Shown here: one piece after another, positions 49,411 to 52,148 of the stretch
Layout: every line of letters begins with the position of its first letter
Numbering within the stretch: position 1 is the first letter of the stretch
Source of the DNA: Octopus sinensis
Lineage: Eukaryota
Length of the DNA stretch: 52,148 bases
Assembly: GCF_006345805.1 (NCBI RefSeq)
Contig: NW_021834961.1
Location: 1 to 52,148 of the forward strand
Direction: 5' to 3'
The notes under the pieces: generated by a model
Told to the model about the DNA's origin: nothing
Databases searched by the model: none
What the model saw: the letters and a program-made list of their open reading frames with translations, nothing else
Position numbers and translations under genes: made by a program

Positions 49411-50242
49411 CTAACCATCCACTGAGCCATCAAATAAACAGCAGAAGCTATTAAATATAGTACCTACTTTAAAAAGAAAAAAATAAGCTCAAAGCTGCTC
49501 TTTGAGTTGATGCGTTTGAAAGATGAAAGAGATAAAAGTTAAAAACTCGTTAAGTTTTAATTTTACTTATTAACAATTACTTTTACAGTGAAACCATCAT
49601 TCCAATATTAACAGTTGTGTTATAATATGAAGTTCAGGATTAAAAAATTAACAGACCAAAGTTATTCCCTCTAGTTAATAATATAATATTCTATTTCAGA
49701 TATATTTGTATATTTTGATTTAAGGATAAAAAATTTCCTTTTGAATTAACTTCAATATTTCTTAACTGGCTTTCAGGCATATTATTATATATTAACTGTA
49801 ATAAGGCTGGTTAAGTCATTTAATTAATTACTTTATAATATTATCACCCAATTTTTTTTTTAAGGCAGAGTATAGCAATATTAAGGAAGGGTGGCCATTA
49901 CTCAGGGGTCTATTTTAAGAAGTAGTCATATTTTAATATTGCCAATACATCTTATGGCGAAGTGGGCAGTAGGGTGGAAGGGAAAAAGGAGCAGGGGTTG
50001 TTCAGCTTATATGAATACTTGCATATCAAAAATTTGCTATACTATCAGGTTTTCCAATTATATGCAATAATATTCAACACCTGAGGACAATTCAAGTAGG
50101 ATATTTGAATAGTAGATTCAATTGTGGAACTAGTATTCAAATAGCGTGTAGATGTAAATGTGCATGTATATATATTCATACACAACCCCCACACACATAT
50201 ATGAATATACATGGATATTTATAATACAAATGTACATATATA

Positions 50243-50414
50243 GGCGCAGGAGTGGCTGTGTGGTAAGTAGCTTTGCTTGCCAACCACATGGTTCCGGGTT
50301 CAGTCCCACTGCGTGGCACCTTGGGCAAGTGTCTTCTACTATAGCCTCGGGCCGACCAAAGCCTTGTGAGTGGATTTGGTAGACGGAAACTGAAAGAAGC
50401 CCGTCGTATATATG

Positions 50415-50445
<31 letters not shown>

Positions 50446-50664
50446 GTATATGTTTGTGTGTCTGTGTTTGTCCCCCTAGCATTGCTTGACAACCAATGCT
50501 GGTGTGTGTTTATGTCCCAGTCACTTAGCGGTTCGGCAAAAGAGACCGATAGAATAAGTACTGGGCTTACAAAAATAAGTCCCGGGGTCGAGTTGCTCGA
50601 TTAAAGGTGGTGCTCCAGCATGGCCGCAGTCAAATGACCGAAACAAGTAAAAGAGTAAAAGAGT
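50243..50664 (+). mobile_element. Full-length CORE-type SINE with an internal microsatellite
   Basis: Near-consensus copy of the 41029 family. Confidence 0.87.
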
Positions 50665-50788
50665 ATATATGTACGTGTACATTAATATGCATGGGCACCC
50701 TTCACACCCATCAGGATGAAGGGGCTCAGTCACTCACTACGAATAAACTACTCCAATATGAGTTACTACTGCTGCTGCTGATGATAAT

Positions 50789-50820
<32 letters not shown>

Positions 50821-50846
50821 GGTGCAGGTGTAGTTGTGTGGTAAGA

Positions 50847-51085
50847 AGGTGGTGAGCTGGCAGAAACGTTAGCGTGCCGGGTGAAATGCTTATCAGTATT
50901 TCGTCTGCCATTTTGTTCTGACTTGAAATTCCGCCGAGGTCGACTTTGCCTTTCGTCCTTTTGGGGGTCGATAAATTAAGTACCAGTTACACACTGGAGT
51001 CGATGAAATTGACTTATAATCTCTTTGTCTATCCTTGTTTGTCCCCTCCATGTTTAGCCCCTTGTGGGCAATAAAGAAATAAGAA
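50847..51085 (+). mobile_element. Meta-like tRNA SINE monomer inserted in the head of a CORE-type SINE
   Basis: GGTAAGAAG precedes the element and AATAAGAAGCTTGCTTCCCAAC resumes the CORE-SINE head after it. Confidence 0.72.
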
Positions 51086-51579
51086 GCTTGCTTCCCAACA
51101 ACATGATCCCAAGTTCAGTCCCACTGCATGGCATCTTGAGCAAAATCCCCTGAAACACTTTCAGTTTAACAAATAAAAGACAACAGACATTTCCAAGACA
51201 TTCATTTGATTACCAAATTTGTTTTAAAAATAAGAGAAATAGCCAGATTGTCCTCACTAATTAGGCAATCAGTATCTTGGACAGCAAGCAATTAATCATT
51301 ATCACTGCCAATCATTATCTTGGACAGCAAGCAATTAATATTAAGAGAACATAGGGCTGTGAGCTGACAGATTCATTACGGCACCAGGCAAAACGCACCA
51401 CAACATTTCCACCAACTTTACGTTTTTGAGTTCATATGGCACCTGAGTCAACTTTGACTTTCACCTTCTCAGGGGTCAATAAAATAAGTACCAATTGAGC
51501 ACTGTGGTTGATGTAATCGACTTACCCCTTCCCCCGACATTGCTGGCCCATTGCCAAAATTTGAAATCAAAGGTAGCAA

Positions 51580-52148
51580 GCTGACAGAAATATTAGCATG
51601 CAAGAAAGCTGGCAGAAGCGTTAGCACGCAGGGTGAAATGCTTAACAGTATTTCGTCTGCCGCTACGTTCTGAGTTCAAATTCTGCCAAGGTTGATTTGC
51701 CTTTCATCTTTTTGGGGTTGATTAAATAAGTACCATTTATGCACTGATGTCGATATAATCGACTAAATCCATTTTTCTGTCCTTGTTTGTCCCCTCTATG
51801 TTTAGCCCCTTGTGGGTAGTAAAGAAATAGGCATTTTGTCTGCCGCTGCGTTCTGAGTTCAAATTCCGCCGAGGTCGACTTTGCCTTTCATCATTTCGGG
51901 GTCGATTAAATAAGTACCAGTTACGCACTGGGGTCGATATAATCGACTTAATCCATTTGTCTGTCCTTGTTTGTCCCCTTCTACATTTAGCCCCTTGTGG
52001 GCAATAAAGAAATAAGAAATATTAGCATGCTGGGTGAAATGCTTAGCAGCATTTCAGTTATCTTCGTGCTCTGATTTCAAATTCTGCTGAGGTCAACTTT
52101 GTCTTTCATCCTTTTGGGGTCGATAAAAGAAGTATCAGTTAAGTACTG
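51580..52148 (+). mobile_element. Meta-like SINE multimer/cluster running off the window end
   Basis: Repeated GAGTTCAAATTC..GCCTTTCATC..GGGTCGAT bodies joined at GAAATAGGCATTTTGTCTGCC. Confidence 0.78.

Overview
AT-rich, microsatellite-dense eukaryotic DNA. The repeat families point to an octopus (inference from memory, no database search run). Only one host coding exon is supported: a minus-strand exon (1034-1385) encoding the N-terminus of an SRRM2/3/4 (Cwc21/Cwf21) family splicing factor. Its Prp8-binding N-terminal motif is unusually degenerate and it carries a 12-Pro insert. The remaining ~51 kb is intronic or upstream DNA made of tRNA-derived SINEs, RTE and CR1/L2 LINE fragments, an internally deleted mariner, a Helitron-like non-autonomous element, and mini/microsatellites. 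Nearly all other ORFs in the track are artefacts of simple repeats. The main discovery is a 3.7-kb head-to-tail array (24277-27966) of ~353-nt highly structured units, each with a type I hammerhead ribozyme (CACACG-CUGACGA-GAGG/CCUC-GAAAC-UCGA-GUC^CGUGUG), matching the architecture of a non-LTR retrozyme/circRNA. Five of the ten ribozymes have an intact core and five carry a CpG-type G8A change, and the array has a 4-unit higher-order repeat. It sits directly beside a Penelope-like terminal fragment that has its own variant minimal hammerhead. Related minimal hammerheads lie at 6221, 14943, 16358 and 21858, two of them at the centre of 400-bp fold-back palindromes. Coordinates were counted by hand; repeat boundaries are approximate unless a TSD or TIR is quoted.
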